A DNA stretch of 43,348 nucleotides, taken from the NCBI GenBank assembly GCA_021736745.1, contig JAIPFG010000002.1, positions 1 through 43,348 of the forward strand, written 5' to 3'. The notes beneath the pieces are model-generated. The model made no database searches, had not been told where the DNA came from, and was given only the letters and a program-made list of their open reading frames with translations. Source of the DNA: Pseudomonadales bacterium (GTDB lineage Bacteria; Pseudomonadota; Gammaproteobacteria; Pseudomonadales; IMCC2047). Numbering within the stretch: the stretch's first letter is position 1; every line of letters starts with the position of its first letter. Positions 1-8,210 of this stretch are shown here, piece after piece. The translations under genes and the position numbers were made by a program.

Positions 1-277
1 GACTACGAAGCCAGGGGTCAGATGGTTTTAAAGGGGGATCGGGAAAGATTTCATCTAAATATTCGTTGATAACGCTGGATTCTCTTATCACCTGATTGCC
101 ATGAACCAAGGTCGGAACGACCGCTTTTGGATTCAACTTGAGATATTCCGGGGCAAACTGGTCACCTCGTCGAAGGTTAAGCGACCGCTCATTCCAATCG
201 ACTTTTTTTTCTGATAACACCAAACGTACTTTTTGTGCGCAGGCTGATTCAACGCTGGTGTAAAGCAATATATCCAT
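1..277 (-). CDS. glutathione S-transferase family protein, N-terminal part only (ORF open to the left window edge)
   Basis: Not in the supplied track because it is truncated. Hand translation of the reverse strand from the ATG at 277-275 gives MDILLYTSVESACAQKVRLVLSEKKVDWNERSLNLRRGDQFAPEYLKLNPKAVVPTLVHGNQVIRESSVINEYLDEIFPDPPLKPSDPWLRS. This has a GST N-terminal thioredoxin-like pattern (LNP..VPTL, ESSVINEYLDE). AAGGA lies 7 nt upstream of the ATG. The gene starts 17 nt after the pyrD stop on the same strand. Confidence 0.6.
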   Translation of the reverse strand, partial: MDILLYTSVESACAQKVRLVLSEKKVDWNERSLNLRRGDQFAPEYLKLNPKAVVPTLVHGNQVIRESSVINEYLDEIFPDPPLKPSDPWLRS

Positions 278-294
278 TGCTGATTCCTTTATCA

Positions 295-1305
295 TTAAAG
301 GGCAACCACAATATCTCTAACCAATTTTGGCCCTGCGTAAATAAACCCCGTATAAATCTGGATAAGGCGCGCACCGGCATTCAATTTGGCTAAGGCGGTT
401 GGCACGTCCATTATACCTCCCGCAGCAATAACTGGAATTTCATCTCCCAATTCAGCACAAAGTCCGGCGAGCACTTGTGTCGATTTATTGGTTAAGGGGG
501 CGCCACTCAAACCCCCGGGCTCCTCCGCGTGCTTTAACCCTTCAACCCCAGCGCGAGACAACGTGGTGTTGGTGGCAATAGCGGCGTCCATTTCAAATTC
601 CTTCAGGATGGTTGCCACGGCTTTGATTTCGTCTGTGACCATATCCGGTGCAATCTTAACGGCAATAGGTCGGTAATAGCCATACACTTCAGCAAGCTTT
701 CTCTGTTCTTCTTTAACACCGGATAAGAGGCCTTTGAGGGAATCTCCAAATTGTAAAGTACGTAATCCTGGTGTATTCGGCGAGGATATGTTGACGGTAA
801 TATAATCTGCCACCGAATAAACTCTACGCAAACCAATCAGGTAATCCTCAAGCGCTTTTTCAACTGGCGTATCAAAATTTTTACCAATATTGATGCCCAG
901 CACACCGGCCGAACGGCGTTGTGCCACTTGCGACAGCAAATAATCGACACCTTTGTTATTAAATCCCATCCGATTAATAATGGCTTGGCGTTCAGGGATA
1001 CGAAACAGCCGTGGTTTGGGGTTCCCAGGTTGCGGCCTCGGTGTCACAGTACCCACTTCAATAAAACCAAACCCCAGAGCCGACAGGCCATCAATATAGT
1101 CTGCGTTTTTATCCAGCCCCGCCGCCAAACCGACTGGGTTGGGAAATTCAATCCCCATCAATTTAACTGGCTTGCAAGGTACTTTTGGCAATAAGGTCGG
1201 GGTAAGTTTGATTTTTTCAGCAAAACCAATCCCCTTTAAAGCCAAGTCATGGGAAGTTTCCGGCGCCAGCAGGAAAAGCAAATTACGAAGAAGAGAGTAG
1301 CTCAT
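295..1305 (-). CDS. pyrD: dihydroorotate dehydrogenase (quinone), class 2
   Basis: 336-aa ORF with characteristic PyrD stretches: [55 protein letters not shown]. The hydrophobic N-terminal extension is typical of membrane-associated class 2 enzymes. Confidence 0.95.
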   Translation of the reverse strand: MSYSLLRNLLFLLAPETSHDLALKGIGFAEKIKLTPTLLPKVPCKPVKLMGIEFPNPVGLAAGLDKNADYIDGLSALGFGFIEVGTVTPRPQPGNPKPRLFRIPERQAIINRMGFNNKGVDYLLSQVAQRRSAGVLGINIGKNFDTPVEKALEDYLIGLRRVYSVADYITVNISSPNTPGLRTLQFGDSLKGLLSGVKEEQRKLAEVYGYYRPIAVKIAPDMVTDEIKAVATILKEFEMDAAIATNTTLSRAGVEGLKHAEEPGGLSGAPLTNKSTQVLAGLCAELGDEIPVIAAGGIMDVPTALAKLNAGARLIQIYTGFIYAGPKLVRDIVVAL

Positions 1306-1584
1306 AGTAACGAAAAACCGCCAATGGAATGAGGAGCGGATTATACGCTATGGATCATGAATTTCGCCACAGCATGCCTTGATTACCCAGTATTGTAGAA
1401 AATTATGGTTCGCCTTCTCCTATCGGGCCTGGCAAGAAGGTTTTGCCGCGAGTACTGCATCCACAATAATGGTTCTGCGGCTCGAACAATCACTGATGAA
1501 GCCTTGACCGGAATAGACTGATCACTTACTTTGTCCCATTTAGTCCGCTTATTGGCGGAGGATCACCAGCACAGGATTCTTTAA

Positions 1585-2307
1585 ATGAACCGACAAAAAT
1601 TTCTAAAATACGAATGGGATGCGATTGCCGGGATTATTGCTGCGGTCATTGCTATTATTCTGCACCTCCTGCACATTGTGGATGAACATACCATTCTCTT
1701 GATTCTCCTGGCGCTGGTCGGATTGTTGTTTATTAATTTTTTGCGCCATGCGGAAAAAAATGAAGTCACCGCCGGGAAGGTCGCTCAAACCGCCCATAGA
1801 ATCGCATCAATTCAAGCGGCGATAGCCCCGTCTGATGTTATTTTGGTCGGACCGCGTCATTTACGCGCCGCCCATGAGCATTTTCTGCTGAACTTGAGCG
1901 GCGAAACACTTTGGTTCAACGTTTGCCTCTCAATGTACCGCACACAAGCACTTTTTGATGCCCTGTTAAAACCCGTCTTGGAAAATACCAAAGTCACGTC
2001 TATTCAGTTTGTCCTAGACAAAGCACAACAGCAAACTTGGCAGCAAACGGTCGTGCCCATGATAGCGGCGTGCAATACTACCGCCAAAATCAGAGAACCG
2101 CTGTGGCGTGATTTAAACAATCCTGTTTCATTTATCTTAGGCGACAGCCAGTTAAGTGGCGAAACCGAAGCCTTGCTGAGTTTTTGGGGCGCGCCTTTTA
2201 TGGCACAAACCGTAGAACATGAGATTCCACGTTATATTTTTCATGTTCAAAGGCGCTCTGAATTGCTGCCTCATTTGGAGGAACTGGTACGGATGGTTCC
2301 GGAATAA
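1585..2307 (+). CDS. hypothetical membrane-anchored protein (two N-terminal hydrophobic helices plus a soluble domain of about 170 aa, unrecognised)
   Basis: 240-aa ORF. Hydrophobic segments AIAGIIAAVIAIILHLL and ILLILLALVGLLFINFL. I recognise no family motif. AGGA lies about 10 nt upstream of the ATG. Confidence 0.5.
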   Translation: MNRQKFLKYEWDAIAGIIAAVIAIILHLLHIVDEHTILLILLALVGLLFINFLRHAEKNEVTAGKVAQTAHRIASIQAAIAPSDVILVGPRHLRAAHEHFLLNLSGETLWFNVCLSMYRTQALFDALLKPVLENTKVTSIQFVLDKAQQQTWQQTVVPMIAACNTTAKIREPLWRDLNNPVSFILGDSQLSGETEALLSFWGAPFMAQTVEHEIPRYIFHVQRRSELLPHLEELVRMVPE

Positions 2308-2310
2308 GGC

Positions 2311-2730
2311 TCAGCCGATCAGTCGAACCAAGGTACGTTTATTGCGGATCAGGTCATCAAGCGTGTAGCTGTCCAGGCATTTCATAAAGGCTCTGGTCGC
2401 ATCATCCAATGCCCGTTTTAAAATGCAGGAAGGTGTTAGCGGGCAACATCTCGAAGAGCAATCGACAATGGTTAAGTTGGCTTCCATATCGCGGACCACA
2501 TCCCCAACCCGAATTTCCGTTAGATCGCCATCAATAAAAATACCGCCGCCTCGACCCTGAACCGATTTGATATAGCCAAACGTCGCTAATTTATGCACCA
2601 CCTTAACCAAGTGGTTGCGGGATACAGTCACTTTTTTCGCAATATCGGTAATATTACAAATCTCTCCCTTATTAATACCCAGATACATCAAAACTCGCAG
2701 TGAGATATCAGTGTGTTTTGTTAAATGCAT
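2311..2730 (-). CDS. nsrR: Rrf2-family NO-sensing transcriptional repressor NsrR
   Basis: 139 aa. The N-terminal winged HTH (ISLRVLMYL...VSRNHLVKVVHKL) is Rrf2-type. VDCSSRCCPLTPSCILKRAL aligns with E. coli NsrR [20 protein letters not shown], which places Cys at 91, 96 and 102, the Fe-S ligands. GAGGGA RBS precedes the ATG. Confidence 0.85.
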   Translation of the reverse strand: MHLTKHTDISLRVLMYLGINKGEICNITDIAKKVTVSRNHLVKVVHKLATFGYIKSVQGRGGGIFIDGDLTEIRVGDVVRDMEANLTIVDCSSRCCPLTPSCILKRALDDATRAFMKCLDSYTLDDLIRNKRTLVRLIG

Positions 2731-2788
2731 CGACTTCCCTCGGCCTGCTCAATATTACGTTTAAATTACCATTAAAAATCGTAGTTTT

Positions 2789-2803
2789 TAAAGATAATCT
2801 TTA
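2789..2803. promoter_or_regulatory. perfect 15-bp palindrome TAAAGAT-A-ATCTTTA in the nsrR upstream gap
   Basis: Read directly from the sequence. It lies 59-73 bp upstream of the nsrR ATG (2730) and 52-66 bp downstream of the preceding membrane ORF stop. The arms carry the AAGAT/ATCTT ends of the NsrR consensus but not its core. Confidence 0.3.
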
Positions 2804-2854
2804 CTAATTTATTTCACGAATTATCGCTATAAATCCTAGTGAGAGCTACCAATA

Positions 2855-3460
2855 TTAAGTTAACTTAGGGTTTTCCAGCCCTTGATCATCTCTCTCGGCC
2901 ACAAATAGCGGCAAACAAAGCACGATCATCAATAAGAAGCCAATAGCAAGCAAAGACTTGCCTAACAGCACCTGTTCTCCAAGCAAATAGTTATTACATA
3001 ACCGATCAGGTGAAATCATATAAATCCAACCTAAACGGAACAACATGGTTAAGAATTCGATCTTCAACACCGCCTTAGTGATAAAGTGCATTCTCGACCA
3101 GCTACAACCCAAGCTGAAACCCACTAACAGGATAAGACAGAGGTACTTAATCAGCGCTATGTTCAGATGCGCAAGCGACGCATCTACCCAACGTGGAATC
3201 ATCCAGAATGCCAATGTGAAGGTGGCAACCAAAACCCCGGGAATACCGCCAATGACATCAAGTGTAGACCGAAGGGTCCGATGGTCGATCAATTCACGAC
3301 CATAATAAAAACCAAAATAAACCAGTAGCGGATAACCCACCAGAATATTGACGACTAAAGACTGCTCGAACCAACGCATGACCCCCATCAAAACCATTCC
3401 GATCAAAACGGGAGTAACAAGTGATAAATAGTTGAGTCGTTTTATCTGCATCATCAACAC
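2855..3460 (-). CDS. polytopic integral membrane protein, fourth gene of the sNOR-like operon (orf1-like)
   Basis: 201 aa and almost entirely hydrophobic helices. It starts 4 nt after the SenC stop. The start is ambiguous among Met1, Met3 and Met4. Confidence 0.6.
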   Translation of the reverse strand: MLMMQIKRLNYLSLVTPVLIGMVLMGVMRWFEQSLVVNILVGYPLLVYFGFYYGRELIDHRTLRSTLDVIGGIPGVLVATFTLAFWMIPRWVDASLAHLNIALIKYLCLILLVGFSLGCSWSRMHFITKAVLKIEFLTMLFRLGWIYMISPDRLCNNYLLGEQVLLGKSLLAIGFLLMIVLCLPLFVAERDDQGLENPKLT

Positions 3461-3464
3461 CTCT

Positions 3465-4082
3465 CTATATAACCTGGCCCAAAGCTTCGATAGACTCCAG
3501 GATCAACTGAAGCTGATCCCGGTCAAAGATACTAATAACCCTCCCTTCGTACACTAAATAAAAAGCGGCATTATGGACATAACCGCCCTGCCCGTCTGGC
3601 AGGACAACGACGCCCAAATGCTCGAGTAATTCGGACAATCGCCCTTTGTCTTCGACAACCCCACCTTCCCAGTGTGCTGTGTTGGCTCGATATCGTTTTA
3701 AATACTCTGCCATAGTGGCTGGTGTATCCCGTTCGGCATCAAAGCTAATACTCAATAACTGGACCGAATGATCAAGTTGTTTTTCCTTAAGCAGGGTCTG
3801 CAAACGACCAAATTCATAACCCATTAGCTGACAGACGGTTGGGCAGCTGGTGTAGATAAAGTCCAGCAACACAATGGGTTTATTGAGTGTTGCCAGACTG
3901 CGCTCCTCATGATGCTGATTTCGCCATTCAAACAGTGGCAGTTGTTGTGGATGATTGGTGGCCTGCCAGCGGCGCTGTCCTTCTTCCGTCCAGACGCTAT
4001 AGCCATGTGTCCCGGCAGCCAGCACAAACAAGCCTGCTGCCGTAATACACAAAGATAATAAACCGCTCAGCCAAAGTTTCAT
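3465..4082 (-). CDS. SCO1/SenC family copper chaperone (thioredoxin fold)
   Basis: 205 aa with an N-terminal anchor or signal. CxxxC motif in FIYTSCPTVCQLMG. The downstream conserved His context is GGYVHNAAFYLV. It starts 4 nt after the subunit I stop. Confidence 0.85.
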   Translation of the reverse strand: MKLWLSGLLSLCITAAGLFVLAAGTHGYSVWTEEGQRRWQATNHPQQLPLFEWRNQHHEERSLATLNKPIVLLDFIYTSCPTVCQLMGYEFGRLQTLLKEKQLDHSVQLLSISFDAERDTPATMAEYLKRYRANTAHWEGGVVEDKGRLSELLEHLGVVVLPDGQGGYVHNAAFYLVYEGRVISIFDRDQLQLILESIEALGQVI

Positions 4083-4086
4083 TTAC

Positions 4087-5532
4087 TTATACCGTCCTCG
4101 CCTGAGGCAGTCGAGTGATAAACCTAATAGCAAAGAGAGTGGCTCCAATCACGACCAGGATGGCGAATACCGATGCAATTTGGCTATAGCTGACCCATTC
4201 CGGCAAATGTGCGGCCCAACGTCTTGGCACACTGTTCATACCACTGACCAGGAACATACCAGCAAAACCGATAGCACCTATCACATAGAGTAAAAATGCC
4301 GAACGGTCGATCCAGCTTGAACCCTGATCTTCTTTATGTACCAGGTAATACATGAAGCCAAACAGCATCGCGACAAGACCAACCAACAAATAGAAATGGA
4401 AGTGTCCAGGCACCCACATGGTATTGTGCATCACATTATTAGCCGCAACCGTGGCGTCAATAATGGCAGGGATCACACCGGCCGCCCAACCGAACATGGA
4501 CAAGAAGAGCAAACCCGAAGCAATATTCCATTTAATACCCGATTTATGCACGATAGTGAGGGCACCATAGGCCGTTACTACCACCAGTGGGATACCATTG
4601 GCGTAGGATAAAATTTGCCCCGCCACAGCCATCCATACCGGCATTGAAAAATCCATGAGCAGATGGTGTGGGTACACTGCCAGAACCATCAAGGAAGAAG
4701 CACTCCAGGCAGCTAAAAATGCCTTATTCACTTTCCATGGTCGTTTGGTGTATTCGGGCAGTAACTCATAAACGGCAATCACCGCTTGATAGATCGTGGC
4801 ATTAATAAAGACATGGCCGAAAAAATAGATCAGGTTTTTTGTTAACAACGCATCGACCGCAAACGACGGCATAAATAAGTTGACCAGCATGATCACAATC
4901 ACCACTGCACCAGCAACAATACCCATGGTATTGACAATCACGACCATGGTGGCGGCTACGATAGTTGCCGGAGGCATGGGTGCGTCACTGTTAGCAAATA
5001 ACTGAGGCCAACCGAGCGCTCTTGGAAAGCTGCGGTATTTGGATAAAATTGCCCGCGCGATATCCAGATAGAACAGCAAAAACCCAACGCCAATCAATAA
5101 TAATCCCAGCATAAAAGACGCGGCGGCACCGACACTCCAAGCTCCCATCGAGTGGGAAGGTAAAGGGAACAGAAAAGTCCATGCGCCACCATACCCACCA
5201 ATAAAAATGCCACCAAGGATTAGCACCACACCTATCAGGAAAAATGCCAGGTTAGCCCATAAAATACCAATGGTTAACTCAACATAACGCCGCAGAAAAT
5301 ACCAAAGCACAGCGCTGGCTGCTAAACCTGATATCCCAACCATACCGGCTCCATGTGCCGTCATTAATTGGTAAAAGAAATCCGGTGGCACACCAATTAT
5401 ACCCGCCTGGGATAAACGCATGACAAGCCCCGCCAGCATCATCAGCAAATATACAACAGCACTAATACTCAAATAGGTCAGAATGCCTTTACGGGCGGAA
5501 CCTGGAAGCGGTCCTAAATTTAGATTATCCAT
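4087..5532 (-). CDS. heme-copper oxidoreductase subunit I, sNOR-like (putative NO reductase catalytic subunit)
   Basis: 481 aa and about 12 TM helices. His ligands are present: TAHGAGM (low-spin heme), FFGHVF (CuB), YPHHLLM (CuB x2), GHFHFYL (both hemes). GHVFIN replaces the A-family GHPEVY, so the cross-link Tyr is absent at that position. GGAG RBS lies 8 nt upstream. Confidence 0.8.
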   Translation of the reverse strand: MDNLNLGPLPGSARKGILTYLSISAVVYLLMMLAGLVMRLSQAGIIGVPPDFFYQLMTAHGAGMVGISGLAASAVLWYFLRRYVELTIGILWANLAFFLIGVVLILGGIFIGGYGGAWTFLFPLPSHSMGAWSVGAAASFMLGLLLIGVGFLLFYLDIARAILSKYRSFPRALGWPQLFANSDAPMPPATIVAATMVVIVNTMGIVAGAVVIVIMLVNLFMPSFAVDALLTKNLIYFFGHVFINATIYQAVIAVYELLPEYTKRPWKVNKAFLAAWSASSLMVLAVYPHHLLMDFSMPVWMAVAGQILSYANGIPLVVVTAYGALTIVHKSGIKWNIASGLLFLSMFGWAAGVIPAIIDATVAANNVMHNTMWVPGHFHFYLLVGLVAMLFGFMYYLVHKEDQGSSWIDRSAFLLYVIGAIGFAGMFLVSGMNSVPRRWAAHLPEWVSYSQIASVFAILVVIGATLFAIRFITRLPQARTV

Positions 5533-5542
5533 TTTATTCTCC

Positions 5543-6091
5543 TCAAAATTCAGTGCTGGTGACAGGGTCAGTGACGGTAAAGCTGGAGATCATGCCGTGA
5601 TGGACCAAGCCGCAGTATTCCAAGCACATCATCTGATAGTTACCGGGCTGGTCAAACGTGTGCACTAATTTATTAGTGTATCCAGGCATTGCCTGCGTCT
5701 GCGCTACCAACCGCAGGTTGCTGTCATAAATACCAAAACCATGATTCACATCGCCACTGGTTACATTAAAAGTAACTTTTGTGTTTGCTGGCACATGATC
5801 TTGACTGAAAACCCAATACCACTGTTTACCTTCAACGTTAATTTGAACGCCATCGATTAACCCTCCATGGGTGGCAGCATAGGGTAATGGGGAAATAGTG
5901 CAGGCTGTCGCAACAACGCCACCGACAAGGATCACCCCGAAGAGAACACGTCGTAAACGATAGGCCTTTGGTTGCACTTCCTTGTAATCGGTTTTATTAG
6001 CGCTATGCCGCAGAACAAAAACAAAGGCAGCCAACACACAGGCCATTAGCGCAAGGCTTAATATAAAAACAAAATCTTGGACTTGAATCAT
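5543..6091 (-). CDS. heme-copper oxidoreductase subunit II, cupredoxin with CuA site, no heme c domain
   Basis: 182 aa with two N-terminal hydrophobic helices. CuA ligands are DVNHGF followed by CLEYCGLVHHGM (C-x-E-x-C-x3-H-x2-M). No CxxCH motif. GAGGAGG RBS lies 5 nt upstream. Confidence 0.85.
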   Translation of the reverse strand: MIQVQDFVFILSLALMACVLAAFVFVLRHSANKTDYKEVQPKAYRLRRVLFGVILVGGVVATACTISPLPYAATHGGLIDGVQINVEGKQWYWVFSQDHVPANTKVTFNVTSGDVNHGFGIYDSNLRLVAQTQAMPGYTNKLVHTFDQPGNYQMMCLEYCGLVHHGMISSFTVTDPVTSTEF

Positions 6092-6145
6092 AACGCCTCC
6101 TCGGTCATTAATACTATTTAAACAAGTAATTCATATATATTTATA

Positions 6146-6168
6146 ACGCTATATTTAATATACATGTT
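6146..6168. promoter_or_regulatory. candidate NsrR box 1 (11-1-11) upstream of the sNOR-like operon
   Basis: ACGCTATATTT-A-ATATACATGTT matches 17/22 positions by hand against the remembered consensus AAGATGYATTT-n-AAATRCATCTT. It overlaps the near-palindrome TTAATATACATGTTTATTAA (6155-6174, 18/20 self-complementary). The background is AT-rich, so this is weak. Confidence 0.3.
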
Positions 6169-6228
6169 TATTAAATCCTTTATATTAATAGCTGTCAAGG
6201 ATTTTAGTAAGCTTGACTTACAATATTT

Positions 6229-6251
6229 ATAATGTATTATATTTGCATGTT
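6229..6251. promoter_or_regulatory. candidate NsrR box 2 (11-1-11) upstream of the FNT channel gene
   Basis: ATAATGTATTA-T-ATTTGCATGTT matches 16/22 positions by hand against the same consensus. It lies 80-102 bp upstream of the ATG at 6331. Confidence 0.25.
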
Positions 6252-6330
6252 TAAAGAATTATTACCTGTAGAGTTAGACTAAAAATTAACAGTAATAGAC
6301 AACAAAACTTATGAATAGAGGGGCTGCAAT

Positions 6331-7155
6331 ATGAACAACGAGACCATTAATCACTTTGCTGCAATGGCGGCTAAGAAAGTTCAATTTTTCAGAACACACC
6401 CTTTCGGCTTCACCATCGGCGCAGTCATGGCAGGACTCTATGTCGGTCTCGGCATTATCCTCATGCTATCCGTAGGAGGCACCGTTGATCCGGCCTATCA
6501 AAAACTGGTGATGGGCAGTACTTTTTGTGTGGCCTTAATATTGGTGGTATTTGCGGGTTCCGAATTATTCACAGGACATACCATGTATATGATGTTCGGA
6601 TACCTTCAACGGCAAGTGTGCTGGACTAAAATTTTACAGGTATGGGGGGTCGTTTGGATCGGTAACTTCATTGGGGCACTGTTGTTGGCCAGCCTGTTCT
6701 TAATTGGCGGTGGCGGTAATTTAATCCATGAAGCAGCGCCCGCATTACATAAAATTGCAGAGCACAAAATACACGCCGATGCTTTTAGCCTCATTGCCCG
6801 CGGTATCCTGTGTAACCTGCTTGTTTGCCTCGCCATCTGGATGGCCACCCGATGTAAGTCTGATGCCGGAAAAGCAATCGCCATCTTTTGGGCGCTGTTT
6901 ACTTTTATCGCCAGCGGCTATGAGCATTGTGTGGCTAACATGACCATCTTCTCACTCGCCCTGCTTTCGAATCATCCAGACAGTATCACCTTGGCTGGCG
7001 CCGCTCATAACCTGTTCTGGGTAACCTTGGGCAATACCATCGGTGGCAGTGTATTCATGGGGCTGGGTTATTGGTTCTATGCTGGCCAAAAATGCCCCAT
7101 TACGACACCTAATCAACAAACGGCAACATGTTGTACGAAACAAATAACGGCGTGA
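6331..7155 (+). CDS. formate/nitrite transporter (FNT) family channel, NirC-like by context
   Basis: 274 aa with six TM helices. FNT signatures are SELFTGHTMYM and ASGYEHCVANM. GAGGGG RBS is present. It is divergent from the NO-reductase-like operon. Confidence 0.85.
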   Translation: MNNETINHFAAMAAKKVQFFRTHPFGFTIGAVMAGLYVGLGIILMLSVGGTVDPAYQKLVMGSTFCVALILVVFAGSELFTGHTMYMMFGYLQRQVCWTKILQVWGVVWIGNFIGALLLASLFLIGGGGNLIHEAAPALHKIAEHKIHADAFSLIARGILCNLLVCLAIWMATRCKSDAGKAIAIFWALFTFIASGYEHCVANMTIFSLALLSNHPDSITLAGAAHNLFWVTLGNTIGGSVFMGLGYWFYAGQKCPITTPNQQTATCCTKQITA

Positions 7156-7255
7156 CTAACCTCTGTCTCAATTGATTAGTTTTATTGTTATTGCGGTCTT
7201 CTTCTGACTGAACAGAAAACACCTTTAAACAGCGGAATAGGAATATAGAGCCATC

Positions 7256-7975
7256 ATGATGTTATCTAAGTTATTTAATAAACCTCTGAAAATTGCATTG
7301 ATGGCAACTTTCCTTTTATGTTGTTCCTCTGCCCAGGCAACTGGAGAGGACCCCTGGGAAAACATGAACAGAAAAGTATTTGTCTTTAATGAGACCGTCG
7401 ATAAGTATTTTTTAAAACCAATCGCAAAAACGTATCAATGGGTAATACCTAAACCTCTAGATCATCACATTACGAATGTATTTGATAATTTACAGGAATT
7501 AGGAATATTTCTTAACAACACTTTACAAGCTAAGTTCCCAGAGGCAGTTAGTGATGCCAGCCGCTTTGTCATTAATTCAACCGTTGGCGTCGCTGGTATT
7601 TTTGATGTAGCCACTCCCTTAGGACTCAAAAAACATAATGAGGATTTCGGGCAAACTTTCGCCGGTTGGAACGTTGGGCCAGGCCCCTATATAGTACTGC
7701 CATTTTTGGGGCCAAGTACTCTGCGTGATGCTGTAGGCCTGATCCCAGATGCCTATACTTTACCGCAAAAATACATTGATCACGTTCCCACACGCAATAG
7801 CGTTTATATCTTGGATTCTGTTGATACGCGAGCAGACTTACTTTCGCTGGAAAAGCTCATTCAAGGTGATAAATACTCGTTTATAAGAGACATCTACTTA
7901 CAACGTAGGAAATTTTTAATTTCCGATGGTGAAATAGAAGATGACTTCGCGGCTGATGAACTATATGAGGAGTAA
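7256..7975 (+). CDS. mlaA: MlaA/VacJ family outer-membrane lipoprotein
   Basis: 239 aa. Lipobox-like LLCCSS. DPWENMNRKVFVFNETVD, GIFDVA and GPGPYIVLPFLGPSTLRD parallel E. coli MlaA DPLEGFNRTMYNFNFNVLD and GYGPYVQLPFYGSFTLRD. Confidence 0.85.
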   Translation: MMLSKLFNKPLKIALMATFLLCCSSAQATGEDPWENMNRKVFVFNETVDKYFLKPIAKTYQWVIPKPLDHHITNVFDNLQELGIFLNNTLQAKFPEAVSDASRFVINSTVGVAGIFDVATPLGLKKHNEDFGQTFAGWNVGPGPYIVLPFLGPSTLRDAVGLIPDAYTLPQKYIDHVPTRNSVYILDSVDTRADLLSLEKLIQGDKYSFIRDIYLQRRKFLISDGEIEDDFAADELYEE

Positions 7976-8210
7976 GAATAATAGATCGGTAGCTAATTTG
8001 ATTACCCGTAGTGAAGGCGGCTTACTTTAACTCACGGCCAACCATCGACTCATAAATAAAAGCTATTCGTATTTTATGAAATTTTTGAGCGATTTTAATT
8101 TTTAAGGAATGATTTTTGTTGCTACCCATAGGCCTCGAACCTGACAGCGCACTAATCATTCTCATGAATGACCCAAGGGTAAATTTTCATTATATTTTCG
8201 GAGCATTGTT

